Origin: Acholeplasma laidlawii PG-8A
GTDB lineage: Bacteria; Bacillota_I; Bacilli_A; Acholeplasmatales; Acholeplasmataceae
Assembly: GCF_000018785.1 (NCBI RefSeq)
Contig: NC_010163.1
Location: 1,200,001-1,232,000, forward strand
Direction of reading: 5' to 3'
DNA: 32,000 nt
Shown here piece by piece: positions 12,801 to 20,420 of this stretch. Made by a program: the position numbers and the translations under genes. A model generated the notes under the pieces. That model was not told the DNA's origin. It ran no database searches and worked only from the letters and a program-made list of their open reading frames with translations. Position 1 is the stretch's first letter; each line of letters opens with the position of its first letter.

Positions 12801-13829
12801 TTACTTGCTTAAAGCTTCAACTAATTCAGCTTTTCTTAATTTTGAGTAATTTTCAATTCCCTTTGCTTTTGCTAGTTCTTTGAGTTCAGCAACTTTCAAA
12901 GTGGATAAGTCTTCAGTTGGTTTTACTTCTGCTACTACTTTTGGAGCAACTTTAGCTTCTACTTTAACTTCTGGTTTTACTTCTGGTTTTACTTCAGCCT
13001 TAACTTCTGGTTTAGCTGCTGCTCTAGGTGCTTGTTTATCAAATCTTGGTTTGTTTTCAGGACGGTTTTGTTTTGGTTTTTGTGATGGTTTTCTTGGTTC
13101 ATCTTGTTCAAATGGTGCATTTTCTTCGTCTTCATATTTTTCAACAACACCACCATTAGCTTCAACAACAGCATTTGCCATGACCCAAGTTAAAAGTTTA
13201 ACTGCACGGATTGCATCATCGTTAGCTGGAATAATGTAGTCTACTAAATCTGGGTCACAGTTTGTATCTACAATACCAAATACAGGAATACCTAATTTAC
13301 GAGCTTCTTTAACTGCGATTTCTTCAGTTCTTGGATCTACTACGAATAATGCTTGTGGTATACGTTGCATATCTTTAATACCACCTAAGAATCTTTCAAG
13401 TTTAATACGTTGTCTTGATAGACCTAACACTTCTTTTTTAGGTAATTTAGCCCATGTACCATCAGCTTCTGCTGCGTAAAGGCTATGTAATAATTTAATA
13501 CGTTGTCTAATTGTTTTGAAGTTTGTTAAAGTTCCACCTAACCATCTGTGATCAACATAGAATTGACCAGCACGGATTGCTTCTTCTTTAATTGCTTCTG
13601 ATGCTTGTTTCTTTGTACCTACAAATAGTACTGTACCGCCATCTTTAGCGATGTCATATAAAGCTGCATAAGCTTTTTCGATTTCTAAAGCTGTACGCTT
13701 TAAATCGATAATGTGAATGTCTTTACGTGATGTAAAGATGTAAGGAGCCATTTTAGGGTTCCATCTTCTAGTTTGGTGACCAAAATGTACACCAGACTCT
13801 AAGAGTTGTTTCATTGATACTACTGCCAT
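12801..13829 (-). CDS. rpsB: 30S ribosomal protein S2 with a roughly 115-aa C-terminal extension (repeat linker plus Rho_N/SAP-like module)
   Basis: The core is canonical: [38 protein letters not shown]. The length is 342 aa against about 250 aa for a typical S2. See findings. Confidence 0.93.
   Translation of the reverse strand: MAVVSMKQLLESGVHFGHQTRRWNPKMAPYIFTSRKDIHIIDLKRTALEIEKAYAALYDIAKDGGTVLFVGTKKQASEAIKEEAIRAGQFYVDHRWLGGTLTNFKTIRQRIKLLHSLYAAEADGTWAKLPKKEVLGLSRQRIKLERFLGGIKDMQRIPQALFVVDPRTEEIAVKEARKLGIPVFGIVDTNCDPDLVDYIIPANDDAIRAVKLLTWVMANAVVEANGGVVEKYEDEENAPFEQDEPRKPSQKPKQNRPENKPRFDKQAPRAAAKPEVKAEVKPEVKPEVKVEAKVAPKVVAEVKPTEDLSTLKVAELKELAKAKGIENYSKLRKAELVEALSK
12918..13013 (-). repeat. 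In-frame 12-nt tandem repeat (about 8 units) encoding [12 protein letters not shown] tetrapeptides inside rpsB
   Basis: The minus strand reads AAACCAGAAGTT AAGGCTGAAGTA AAACCAGAAGTA AAACCAGAAGTT AAAGTAGAAGCT AAAGTTGCTCCA AAAGTAGTAGCA GAAGTAAAACCA. Confidence 0.85.
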
Positions 13830-13950
13830 TTAATATACTTCCTTTCGATTTTTAGTTTTTTCCTCTGCAACACTTTTACACTTATGCCACTATACGACGT
13901 ATAGCACCTGACATAAGAAACATGTTACATGTGTATTTAACAGCCTACTT

Positions 13951-13979
13951 AATATACCATATTCATATATGTTTTGCAA
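13951..13979 (-). promoter_or_regulatory. Candidate rpsB promoter (TTGCAA-17-TGgTATATT, extended -10)
   Basis: On the minus strand, TTGCAA (13979-13974) and TATATT (13956-13951) are separated by 17 nt, with TGG immediately upstream of the -10. This implies a 5' UTR of about 115 nt. Confidence 0.55.
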
Positions 13980-14037
13980 CAAATTATTGCATCTTTTTAC
14001 CGAAAAATGCCAAATAACATATTTATACGAATTTTAA

Positions 14038-14478
14038 TTATTGACCAGAACTACCAAACCCACCGGTACGTTCATTAGAACTCTCATCATCACTGGTAAT
14101 AAGATATTTTTGGAAAACACCTTGAGCAACACGTTCACCTTTTTGAATGATTGCATCTTGTTGACCAAAATTGAATAATGGAATCATAATATGTCCTTCA
14201 TTATTTGGGTTATTATAATAATCTTTATCAATAATACCAACTGCATTCGACATAATTAAACCCTTTTTAATACCTAATGAAGATCTCGGATAAATCATGA
14301 GTGCTTCGTTTTCTAACATATCTACTTTTAACCCGGTATCGATTAATTGAATCGTACCTGGTTTGATGACGTAAGCGTCTGCACTTTCAATATCATAACC
14401 TGCACTATATTTAGTTGCTCTTTTAGGTAGGTTAATAGATTTATCTTTAAAACCTGTTACTACTTCAAATTTTCTCAT
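14038..14478 (-). CDS. dut: dUTP diphosphatase (trimeric dUTPase)
   Basis: Contains the dUTPase motifs AGYDI, PRSSLG, GIIDKDY and the C-terminal RTGGFGSSG. Confidence 0.93.
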   Translation of the reverse strand: MRKFEVVTGFKDKSINLPKRATKYSAGYDIESADAYVIKPGTIQLIDTGLKVDMLENEALMIYPRSSLGIKKGLIMSNAVGIIDKDYYNNPNNEGHIMIPLFNFGQQDAIIQKGERVAQGVFQKYLITSDDESSNERTGGFGSSGQ

Positions 14479-14489
14479 ATATTGACCTC

Positions 14490-15005
14490 TTATTTTTTTT
14501 TAAGTGACTCTAATACCTTAATTTCTCTAGGTAGTACAGTCTTCATACCTCTTTTTTGATTTAGCTTACTTATAGATAGTTGATTGATATGTATGGCTTC
14601 ATCAATTGAAACCCAAACGGGTTCTACACCATGTTCTTTTTCTCTATCTGCTAAATCTTGTTCACCAAAGTTTGATACATCAACAACATAGTAATACGAT
14701 GTTTGAAGATACACAGTTGGTCTATTTGAAATACCATACCTTTTTTCTTCAATATAACCGTAAGGTTTTATATTAAAGACTTCGCTTGCACCAATTTCTT
14801 CTTTAACTTCTCTTTTAAGTGCGGTGATGTGATCTTCATCTTTTTTCATACCACCACCTGGAAAGGTATAATCTTTAAAGGTGGGTGAATAGACCATTAG
14901 TAACTTATCGTTCTTACAAATTATCGCCCTAATGGTTGTTCTAGTTTTGTCTATACCTAAATCTTTGGTACCCTCTTCAATTATAATGTCACTTAGTTTT
15001 CTCAT
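14490..15005 (-). CDS. NUDIX hydrolase, substrate unknown
   Basis: Nudix box GGGMKKDEDHITALKREVKEEIG (GX5EX7REVXEEXG). Its start overlaps the xerC 3' end by 17 nt. Confidence 0.85.
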   Translation of the reverse strand: MRKLSDIIIEEGTKDLGIDKTRTTIRAIICKNDKLLMVYSPTFKDYTFPGGGMKKDEDHITALKREVKEEIGASEVFNIKPYGYIEEKRYGISNRPTVYLQTSYYYVVDVSNFGEQDLADREKEHGVEPVWVSIDEAIHINQLSISKLNQKRGMKTVLPREIKVLESLKKK

Positions 15006-15909
15006 TATGTTGATTCCTTGGATGCGTCTGCATGTATTTTTCTTTTAATTGTTCTTTTGAAACATGTGTATAAATTTGAGTGGATTTTAAATGCTCATGA
15101 CCTAAGAGTTCTTGTACAACTCTTAAATCTGCGCCATGATTTAGCATCGTAGTTGCGAAAGCATGTCTTAACATATGCGGATGTATCGCATAGGTTTCAC
15201 CACTATCTTTAATCATTTGATTTAAGATAACTCTTAAACCTCTTACAGTAAGTGGTCCACCTTTATAATTAATAAACAGTTTTTGTTGATTGGTATCATC
15301 ACCCTTAGAAAGTAGGGTGACTCTTACAAACGATAGATAATGTCTAATTTCTTCAATTAACTTCTCATGTAATATGATATATCTATCTTTCTTACCCTTA
15401 CCATGGATAAGTATTTGACCACTCGATAAATAAATATCTTTAATTTCTAAATTGATGAGTTCACTTGCACGAACACCACAACTATATAGTAAATCTAAAA
15501 TGACTAGATTTCTATAGCCTAAGGGCTTGGATGTGTCAATGGAATCAAATAGATAATTAATTGCCTCTTCATCAATAATATGGGGTAGTGTTTTAGCTAC
15601 TTTAGGCGCTTTGATGTCACTAAAGATATTTTCTTCTATAAGTTCTTTAAATATTAAATAATTATAAAAGTTCTTTAAACTAGATAGTTTTCTAGCGATT
15701 GTTTTTTTCTTAAAGTCTTGGTTATCTAAATAAGATATATAGTTACGTGCTAAACGAGGTCGTCTAGCACCTAATAAATCTTTGGCTAGTCCCTCTTTAA
15801 TTAAAAAGTCTTCAAACCCTTTGACATCGTTGATGTAACTTATAGCTGTGTGTTCACTAAAGTTCTTTTCAATGATGAGGTAATCTTTGTAATCAGAGAT
15901 AATATCCAT
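14989..15909 (-). CDS. xerC: Tyrosine recombinase XerC/CodV type
   Basis: Catalytic region ...RASEL..., HMLRHAFATTMLNHGADLRVVQELLGHEHLKSTQIYTHV. It sits immediately downstream of trmFO, as with codV in Bacillus. Confidence 0.88.
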   Translation of the reverse strand: MDIISDYKDYLIIEKNFSEHTAISYINDVKGFEDFLIKEGLAKDLLGARRPRLARNYISYLDNQDFKKKTIARKLSSLKNFYNYLIFKELIEENIFSDIKAPKVAKTLPHIIDEEAINYLFDSIDTSKPLGYRNLVILDLLYSCGVRASELINLEIKDIYLSSGQILIHGKGKKDRYIILHEKLIEEIRHYLSFVRVTLLSKGDDTNQQKLFINYKGGPLTVRGLRVILNQMIKDSGETYAIHPHMLRHAFATTMLNHGADLRVVQELLGHEHLKSTQIYTHVSKEQLKEKYMQTHPRNQHNEKTK

Positions 15910-15910
15910 A

Positions 15911-17194
15911 TTAGATACCTCCTTCGATATATTCCTTTAGTGCATGCATTGAACGATCATAATACATTTGTTTTCTTACAGTTTTATGTGCTTCTATTTG
16001 ATCAAATAAACCAAAGTTTGCATTCATAGGTACAAAGTATTGATGGTAGTTTGAAATATAACGTGCCATAGCACCCATCATTGTATCTACTGGTAAAGGT
16101 CTAATTTCACCTTTGGTTAATAAATTATGTAAGTTGATTGCAACATTTAATCCAGATGCAGCAGATTCAATATAACCTTCTACACCAGAAATTTGTCCAG
16201 CAAAGAACCATTTTGGAATATCTCTTACTTGGAATGCGTTATTTAAATGTTTTGGAGATTCTAAATACGTATTTTTATGAATGACACCATATCTTAATAT
16301 TTCAGCATTTTCTAAACCAGGTATCATTTGAATCACTCGTTTTTGATCGCCCCACTTCATGTGGGTTTGAAAACCAACCATATTATACATTGTCTTATTG
16401 ACGTCATCTTGTCTTAATTGAACAACTGCATAAGGTTTTTCACCATTGGGTTTCGTTAAACCAACTGGTTTAAGTGGACCAAAGCGTAGTGTATCAATAC
16501 CACGTTTACCCATGTCTTCTACGGGCATACAACCTTCAAATACATTATTTTCAAAGTCTTTAGGTGCGACTGATTCTGCAGTCATTAAAGCCTTATAGAA
16601 CTCTAAATATTCTTGTTTGTTCATTGGACAGTTAATATATGCAGCTTCATCTTTATCATATCTAGATTTTAGATATGCAATATCCATGTTGATGGATTTT
16701 GCATCAATAATTGGTGCAACCGCATCAAAGAAGTTTAAACTCTCTAAATGTAGATGATCTTGGATTTGTTTTGAGAGTAAATCAGATGCTAGAGGTCCTG
16801 CTGCAATAATGGTATATTCATTTGGATCTAGTGATGTAACTTCCTCATGAATGACTTCAATATTTTCATGGCTTTTAATCTTTTCAGTTACATATTCAGA
16901 AAACAAGTTTCTGTCTACTGCAAGACTACTACCTGCAGGTACTTTATGAATATTTGCTGCTTCTAAAATAAGTGAGTTAAAATGTGTCATTTCAACTTTT
17001 AAAAGACCCACAGCATTCAGTGGATCGTTTGATCGAAATGAGTTTGAACATACTAGTTCTGCAAAGTTTTTAGTCACATGAGCAGGTGTATTCTTTTTAG
17101 GTCTCATTTCATATAGTTTTACTTTGTAGCCTTTATTTGCTAAATAATAGGCTGCTTCACTACCGGCAAGTCCGGCTCCTATAATTTTTATCAT
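15911..17194 (-). CDS. trmFO: Methylenetetrahydrofolate--tRNA-(uracil54-C5)-methyltransferase
   Basis: N-terminal FAD fold IIGAGLAGSEAAYYLA. Gid/TrmFO-type sequence over 427 aa. Confidence 0.92.
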   Translation of the reverse strand: MIKIIGAGLAGSEAAYYLANKGYKVKLYEMRPKKNTPAHVTKNFAELVCSNSFRSNDPLNAVGLLKVEMTHFNSLILEAANIHKVPAGSSLAVDRNLFSEYVTEKIKSHENIEVIHEEVTSLDPNEYTIIAAGPLASDLLSKQIQDHLHLESLNFFDAVAPIIDAKSINMDIAYLKSRYDKDEAAYINCPMNKQEYLEFYKALMTAESVAPKDFENNVFEGCMPVEDMGKRGIDTLRFGPLKPVGLTKPNGEKPYAVVQLRQDDVNKTMYNMVGFQTHMKWGDQKRVIQMIPGLENAEILRYGVIHKNTYLESPKHLNNAFQVRDIPKWFFAGQISGVEGYIESAASGLNVAINLHNLLTKGEIRPLPVDTMMGAMARYISNYHQYFVPMNANFGLFDQIEAHKTVRKQMYYDRSMHALKEYIEGGI

Positions 17195-17290
17195 ATTTTC
17201 ACCACCTTGATTATAACATGAAACTTTTGTTTATATTTTGGTATAATTGTAATAAAGAAAAAATACTTTAGAATCAAGGAGATGAAATAT

Positions 17291-17965
17291 ATGAAGTTAA
17301 AAGCCTATATGGCAGAGTTTATTGGAGCGTTCGCTCTAGTTTTAGTGGGTTCAACCGCTGCAGTATTAAACTTAGAATTATCTAGTATTGCCTTAGCATT
17401 TGGACTTATTCTTATGGCTATGATTTATGCAGTAGGTTCCACATCAGGAGGTCACTTTAATCCTGCAGTATCGTTTGCGATGGCACTGACTAAAAGATTA
17501 TCTTGGAAAGATTTTGGAATGTATAGTTTCTTCCAATTACTTGGTTCCTTAATCGCAGTGTTATGTTTAGTACCATTTGTTGGTGACTTATCTAATTTAG
17601 GTGCTAACCAAATATTTGGTGACTTTGGTGGTCAAACAGGCATCTTAATTTTATTATTAGGTGTCTTAGTTGAAGTGATTGGTACATTCTTATTTGTCTT
17701 TGTGATCTTGCGTGTTACAAAAGAACCAAATCTAAAGAGTCTTGCAGGTTTAATCATTGGTTTAACACTTGCAGCACTTATTTATTTTACAGGTCCTCTT
17801 ACAAATGCAAGTTTAAACCCAGTGCGTTCGATCTTCTCAGGACTATTTCAAGGTGGTAAAGCATTAGAACAAGTTTGGATATTTATTGTAGGACCTATGA
17901 TTGGTGCATTTCTAGCTGCTGTTGCTGCACCGTATTTTGATCAAGTGCCTGAAGAAAAGGCTTAA
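17291..17965 (+). CDS. MIP-family channel (aquaporin Z-like), NPA / NPV motifs
   Basis: Contains GGHFNPAVS and the second half-helix motif SLNPVRS, with six predicted TM helices. The ORF opens at 17282, but the SD AAGGAG (17276-17281) abuts that ATG. ATG 17291 has a 9-nt spacing and is preferred. Confidence 0.88.
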   Translation: MKLKAYMAEFIGAFALVLVGSTAAVLNLELSSIALAFGLILMAMIYAVGSTSGGHFNPAVSFAMALTKRLSWKDFGMYSFFQLLGSLIAVLCLVPFVGDLSNLGANQIFGDFGGQTGILILLLGVLVEVIGTFLFVFVILRVTKEPNLKSLAGLIIGLTLAALIYFTGPLTNASLNPVRSIFSGLFQGGKALEQVWIFIVGPMIGAFLAAVAAPYFDQVPEEKA

Positions 17966-17971
17966 CATATT

Positions 17972-18349
17972 ATGTATAGAAAACATCTATACTTAATCAG
18001 TTTAATTCTACAAAGCATTCTACTTCTATTATTTATTATTTTTTTAGTGGATACCTTAGTTAGATATCCAAATGGTGTAAGAGTGAGTGACTTTATATTT
18101 GCATTCCTATACTTAATTGTTTTACTACTTTTTACAATCTACCACTATAGAAGTCCATATCACGAAATGAAGTCTGCTATCTATCTAGCCATCTACTACA
18201 TTTCACCCATCATCATTATCGGTTTGTTTTATTTATTAGACCCTACTTCATCAGTGGGTACATATGATACCCTTGATATGTTTATCTTTAGTGTTTATGC
18301 ACTTAACGGACTTATTCATTTACTCACCATTGTTGGTAAAGAATTCTAA
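17972..18349 (+). CDS. Hypothetical 4-TM membrane protein (125 aa)
   Basis: The ORF starts 7 nt after the aquaporin stop and shares the terminator at 18357-18408. It is very hydrophobic and I recognise no motif. Confidence 0.5.
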   Translation: MYRKHLYLISLILQSILLLLFIIFLVDTLVRYPNGVRVSDFIFAFLYLIVLLLFTIYHYRSPYHEMKSAIYLAIYYISPIIIIGLFYLLDPTSSVGTYDTLDMFIFSVYALNGLIHLLTIVGKEF

Positions 18350-18356
18350 TTCTAAC

Positions 18357-18408
18357 AAAAAAAGCATTTGACTTAAAACTTTAATTAGTTTATCAAATGC
18401 TTTTTATT
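18357..18408. terminator. Bidirectional terminator shared by convergent genes (17972-18349 plus strand, folT-like minus strand)
   Basis: 11-bp stem AAAGCATTTGA (18361-18371) / TCAAATGCTTT (18393-18403), with an A-run on the left and a T-run on the right. Confidence 0.7.
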
Positions 18409-18975
18409 TTATGTGTTTTTAGTTCGCTTTTGTTCGAAAAACTCCATATATAGTGGTTCTAATCTGGTATTCACAGTAAATGTCACATAACTGATAATGA
18501 TAATGTTAACCGGCATCATAATGAGTCTTAGTGGTAGATTTGCTGTTGCATAAGCAATTGCACTATCTAAATTATTAGAATACGCATAGCTACTTAAGAA
18601 ACTTGCGAGTGTAGAAAAACTAGTTGCCATGATATGTGATGCAATGACAGCAATCAAAATACGAACCCAGCCTGACTTTCTTCTTGCGATGAGATAAGGA
18701 ATCACACCCCAACTAATAGCTTGTAGTGCAAACATAAAGTCATATGCAAATTGAGAGCCCCCTGCAAAAAAACCTACTGCATCTGAAATAAAGCCCATCA
18801 TACCACCATAGATTGGGCCTAGTACAATCGAACCTACTACAAGTGGGATTGCATAAAAGGGAAACCCAAAGCTTTGATTTGCTGGAACAATCGATTTAAA
18901 TAATATATCTAGCACAATCGATAGTGCTGTTAAAACTGCAGCAAGTGTCAGTTTCCTTAAATTTTGTTTAACCAT
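18409..18975 (-). CDS. folT: ECF-transporter substrate-specific (S) component, folate (FolT) type
   Basis: 188 aa, about 5-6 TM. The start is reassigned to ATG 18975 (MVKQNLRKLTLAAVLTALSIVLD...), which has an AGGAGG SD 9 nt upstream. The longer track ORF (to 19062) reads through a THF-riboswitch-like leader. Folate specificity is inferred from that leader plus general S-component resemblance. Confidence 0.7.
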   Translation of the reverse strand: MVKQNLRKLTLAAVLTALSIVLDILFKSIVPANQSFGFPFYAIPLVVGSIVLGPIYGGMMGFISDAVGFFAGGSQFAYDFMFALQAISWGVIPYLIARRKSGWVRILIAVIASHIMATSFSTLASFLSSYAYSNNLDSAIAYATANLPLRLIMMPVNIIIISYVTFTVNTRLEPLYMEFFEQKRTKNT

Positions 18976-19106
18976 TAAAAAAGACCTCCTTAGTCGAGAT
19001 CCACTTAAAATATAAAAGCGGATCAGAAATATACACCGCCATAAATACTTATGTTCGTTCAACTAATCATCCACTAACCAGTTGACACTTGACGCATATA
19101 CCTCTA
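18976..19106 (-). promoter_or_regulatory. THF (tetrahydrofolate) riboswitch-like leader with an SD-sequestering expression platform
   Basis: The minus strand reads AGAGGUAUAUGCGUCAAGUG-UCAACU-GGUUAGUGGAUGAUU-AGUUGA-ACGAACAUAAGUAUUUAUGGCGGUGUAUAUUUCUGAUCCGCUUU. This lines up with remembered THF-I aptamer blocks: GCGUyAAGUG, a P3 hairpin with GGAUG in its loop, ACGAA, GCGGUG and AUCCGCU. Downstream, GAUCUC can pair with the SD GAGGUC. Confidence 0.7.
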
Positions 19107-19121
19107 AATGAAATTATATCT

Positions 19122-19149
19122 ATTATACATTATTTAATATGCCAGTCAA
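19122..19149 (-). promoter_or_regulatory. Candidate promoter for the riboswitch/folT unit (TTGACT-16-TATAAT), with its -35 inside the ung 3' end
   Basis: On the minus strand, TTGACT (19149-19144) and TATAAT (19127-19122) are separated by 16 nt. Confidence 0.55.
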
Positions 19150-19795
19150 CTGGATTGACATGATGCATCATTAAATAATGGTTTGCTTTTGAAAAAGGTT
19201 TAGAACCAAAGAATCCTAATCTTGCTGAAAAAGGTGATGGGTGTACACTTTCTATCACCATGTGTTTGGGGTTCGTTAAAAGTGGTTTAATGTCTTTTGC
19301 TTGATTCCCCCAAAGGATAAAGACAATCGGTTGATTTAATAAATTGATATGTCTAATCATTTGGTGTGTAAAGATTTCCCACCCTTTATTCTTATGAGAA
19401 AGTGGTTTAGATGCTTCAACAGTTAAGACCGTATTAAGCAACAAAACACCCTGCCTAGCCCAGGATGTTAAATCACCTTTTGTTGATATATCGATATTTA
19501 AATCATCTTTTAATTCTTTATATATGTTTTTTAAGCTTGGTGGTAGTTTTTCATTTAATGTTGAAAAACTTAAACCATGCGCTTGGTTTGGTCCATGATA
19601 TGGATCTTGACCAAGGATAACAACTTTAAGATTATTTACAGAAGTATATAAAAACGCATTAAACCAATCCTTTTTTGGTGGATATATCGTTTCAGTTAAA
19701 GAACGCTCATCCAAAAAAGACATGAGATTTTTAAAATACGGCTTTATTAGTTCTTCATTCATCCAGTTTGTCCACATTGGTATTTGTATCTCCAT
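19130..19795 (-). CDS. ung: Uracil-DNA glycosylase (family 1)
   Basis: Contains GQDPYHGPNQAHGLSFS and HPSPFSA. The true start may be ATG 19762 (MNEELIKPYF..., which aligns with other Ung N-termini), reducing the overlap with the upstream gene from 41 to 8 nt. Confidence 0.92.
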   Translation of the reverse strand: MEIQIPMWTNWMNEELIKPYFKNLMSFLDERSLTETIYPPKKDWFNAFLYTSVNNLKVVILGQDPYHGPNQAHGLSFSTLNEKLPPSLKNIYKELKDDLNIDISTKGDLTSWARQGVLLLNTVLTVEASKPLSHKNKGWEIFTHQMIRHINLLNQPIVFILWGNQAKDIKPLLTNPKHMVIESVHPSPFSARLGFFGSKPFSKANHYLMMHHVNPVDWHIK

Positions 19796-20420
19796 TTAGG
19801 TTTTCATCAGGTGTGTTTGTTTCACCTAATTTTTCTTGTTTTTTATGTTTGTCATATTGATAAAGGACAATGAGTCCGATCACTAATCCAATATTGATAA
19901 TAATCACTGCAACACCATAAGGGGATGTAATAAATGCAGAAACCATAGACATTTTTATGGTTGACTGGTGACGTCCAATAATATCTTCTGGTTTTAATCT
20001 ATAAATTTCCGTTGAAGATCTTCGCCACTCATCTAATCTACGAAGTTCTGGTGCTAGATTATATTGTGAGTGTGGGTAGGTAAGAATATAACCTTCATCG
20101 TCAATATCATAAAAGTGATGTGTTACAACATCCCTTATATACATACCTACTCTACTGTTATAAAAGTATGTTTCAAAGATAATGATGTCACCATCTTCGA
20201 AACTTTCAACATCGGTATCTTTTACAACAACAATATAATCCCCCGTCATAATTAACGGTTCCATAGATTCTGATACAACACGGTACCAACCAATGCCAAA
20301 TACTTTAACCAAGCCGTTTGGAATAAATAAGGATACTGCAATGACAATCAGTAAAAAGAATGTAATACCGTAATATAAGATATTCTTGATTAAACGGATA
20401 TACTTAGATTTGTTTTCCAT
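19755..20420 (-). CDS. Signal peptidase I, SipW / ER-type (S26B), with N- and C-terminal TM anchors
   Basis: An N-terminal TM helix is followed by the catalytic Ser box VVSESMEPLIMTGDYIVVVK, then DIIIFE and the His box VVTHHF. There is a C-terminal TM (YGVAVIIINIGLVIGLIVLY) and an acidic tail. The start overlaps the ntpD 3' end by 17 nt. Confidence 0.75.
   Translation of the reverse strand: MENKSKYIRLIKNILYYGITFFLLIVIAVSLFIPNGLVKVFGIGWYRVVSESMEPLIMTGDYIVVVKDTDVESFEDGDIIIFETYFYNSRVGMYIRDVVTHHFYDIDDEGYILTYPHSQYNLAPELRRLDEWRRSSTEIYRLKPEDIIGRHQSTIKMSMVSAFITSPYGVAVIIINIGLVIGLIVLYQYDKHKKQEKLGETNTPDENLNGDTNTNVDKLDE

Noticed and set aside
12918-13013. Short-period tandem repeat considered as a CRISPR-like or non-coding satellite array
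   Set aside because: The period is 12 nt with no spacers. It is in frame inside rpsB and is a coding low-complexity linker.
12445-13239. ORFs 12445-12708 (+), 12880-13239 (+) and 12989-13174 (-) overlapping tsf and rpsB
   Set aside because: They are antisense or out of frame relative to well-supported genes. The Ser/Thr/Gly/Ala-rich or Lys/Asn-rich translations arise from the 12-nt KPEV repeat read in other frames.
14989-15909. Tyrosine recombinase as the integrase of an integrated mobile element or island
   Set aside because: It has XerC/CodV-type catalytic motifs and sits in the conserved trmFO-xerC synteny. No att-like direct repeats, excisionase, phage or transposon genes flank it.
18976-19062. 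N-terminal 29 codons of track ORF 18409-19062
   Set aside because: This stretch is better explained as a THF-riboswitch-like leader. The AGGAGG SD serves the internal ATG at 18975, and the upstream peptide (MNEHKYLWRCIFLIRFY...) is not S-component-like.
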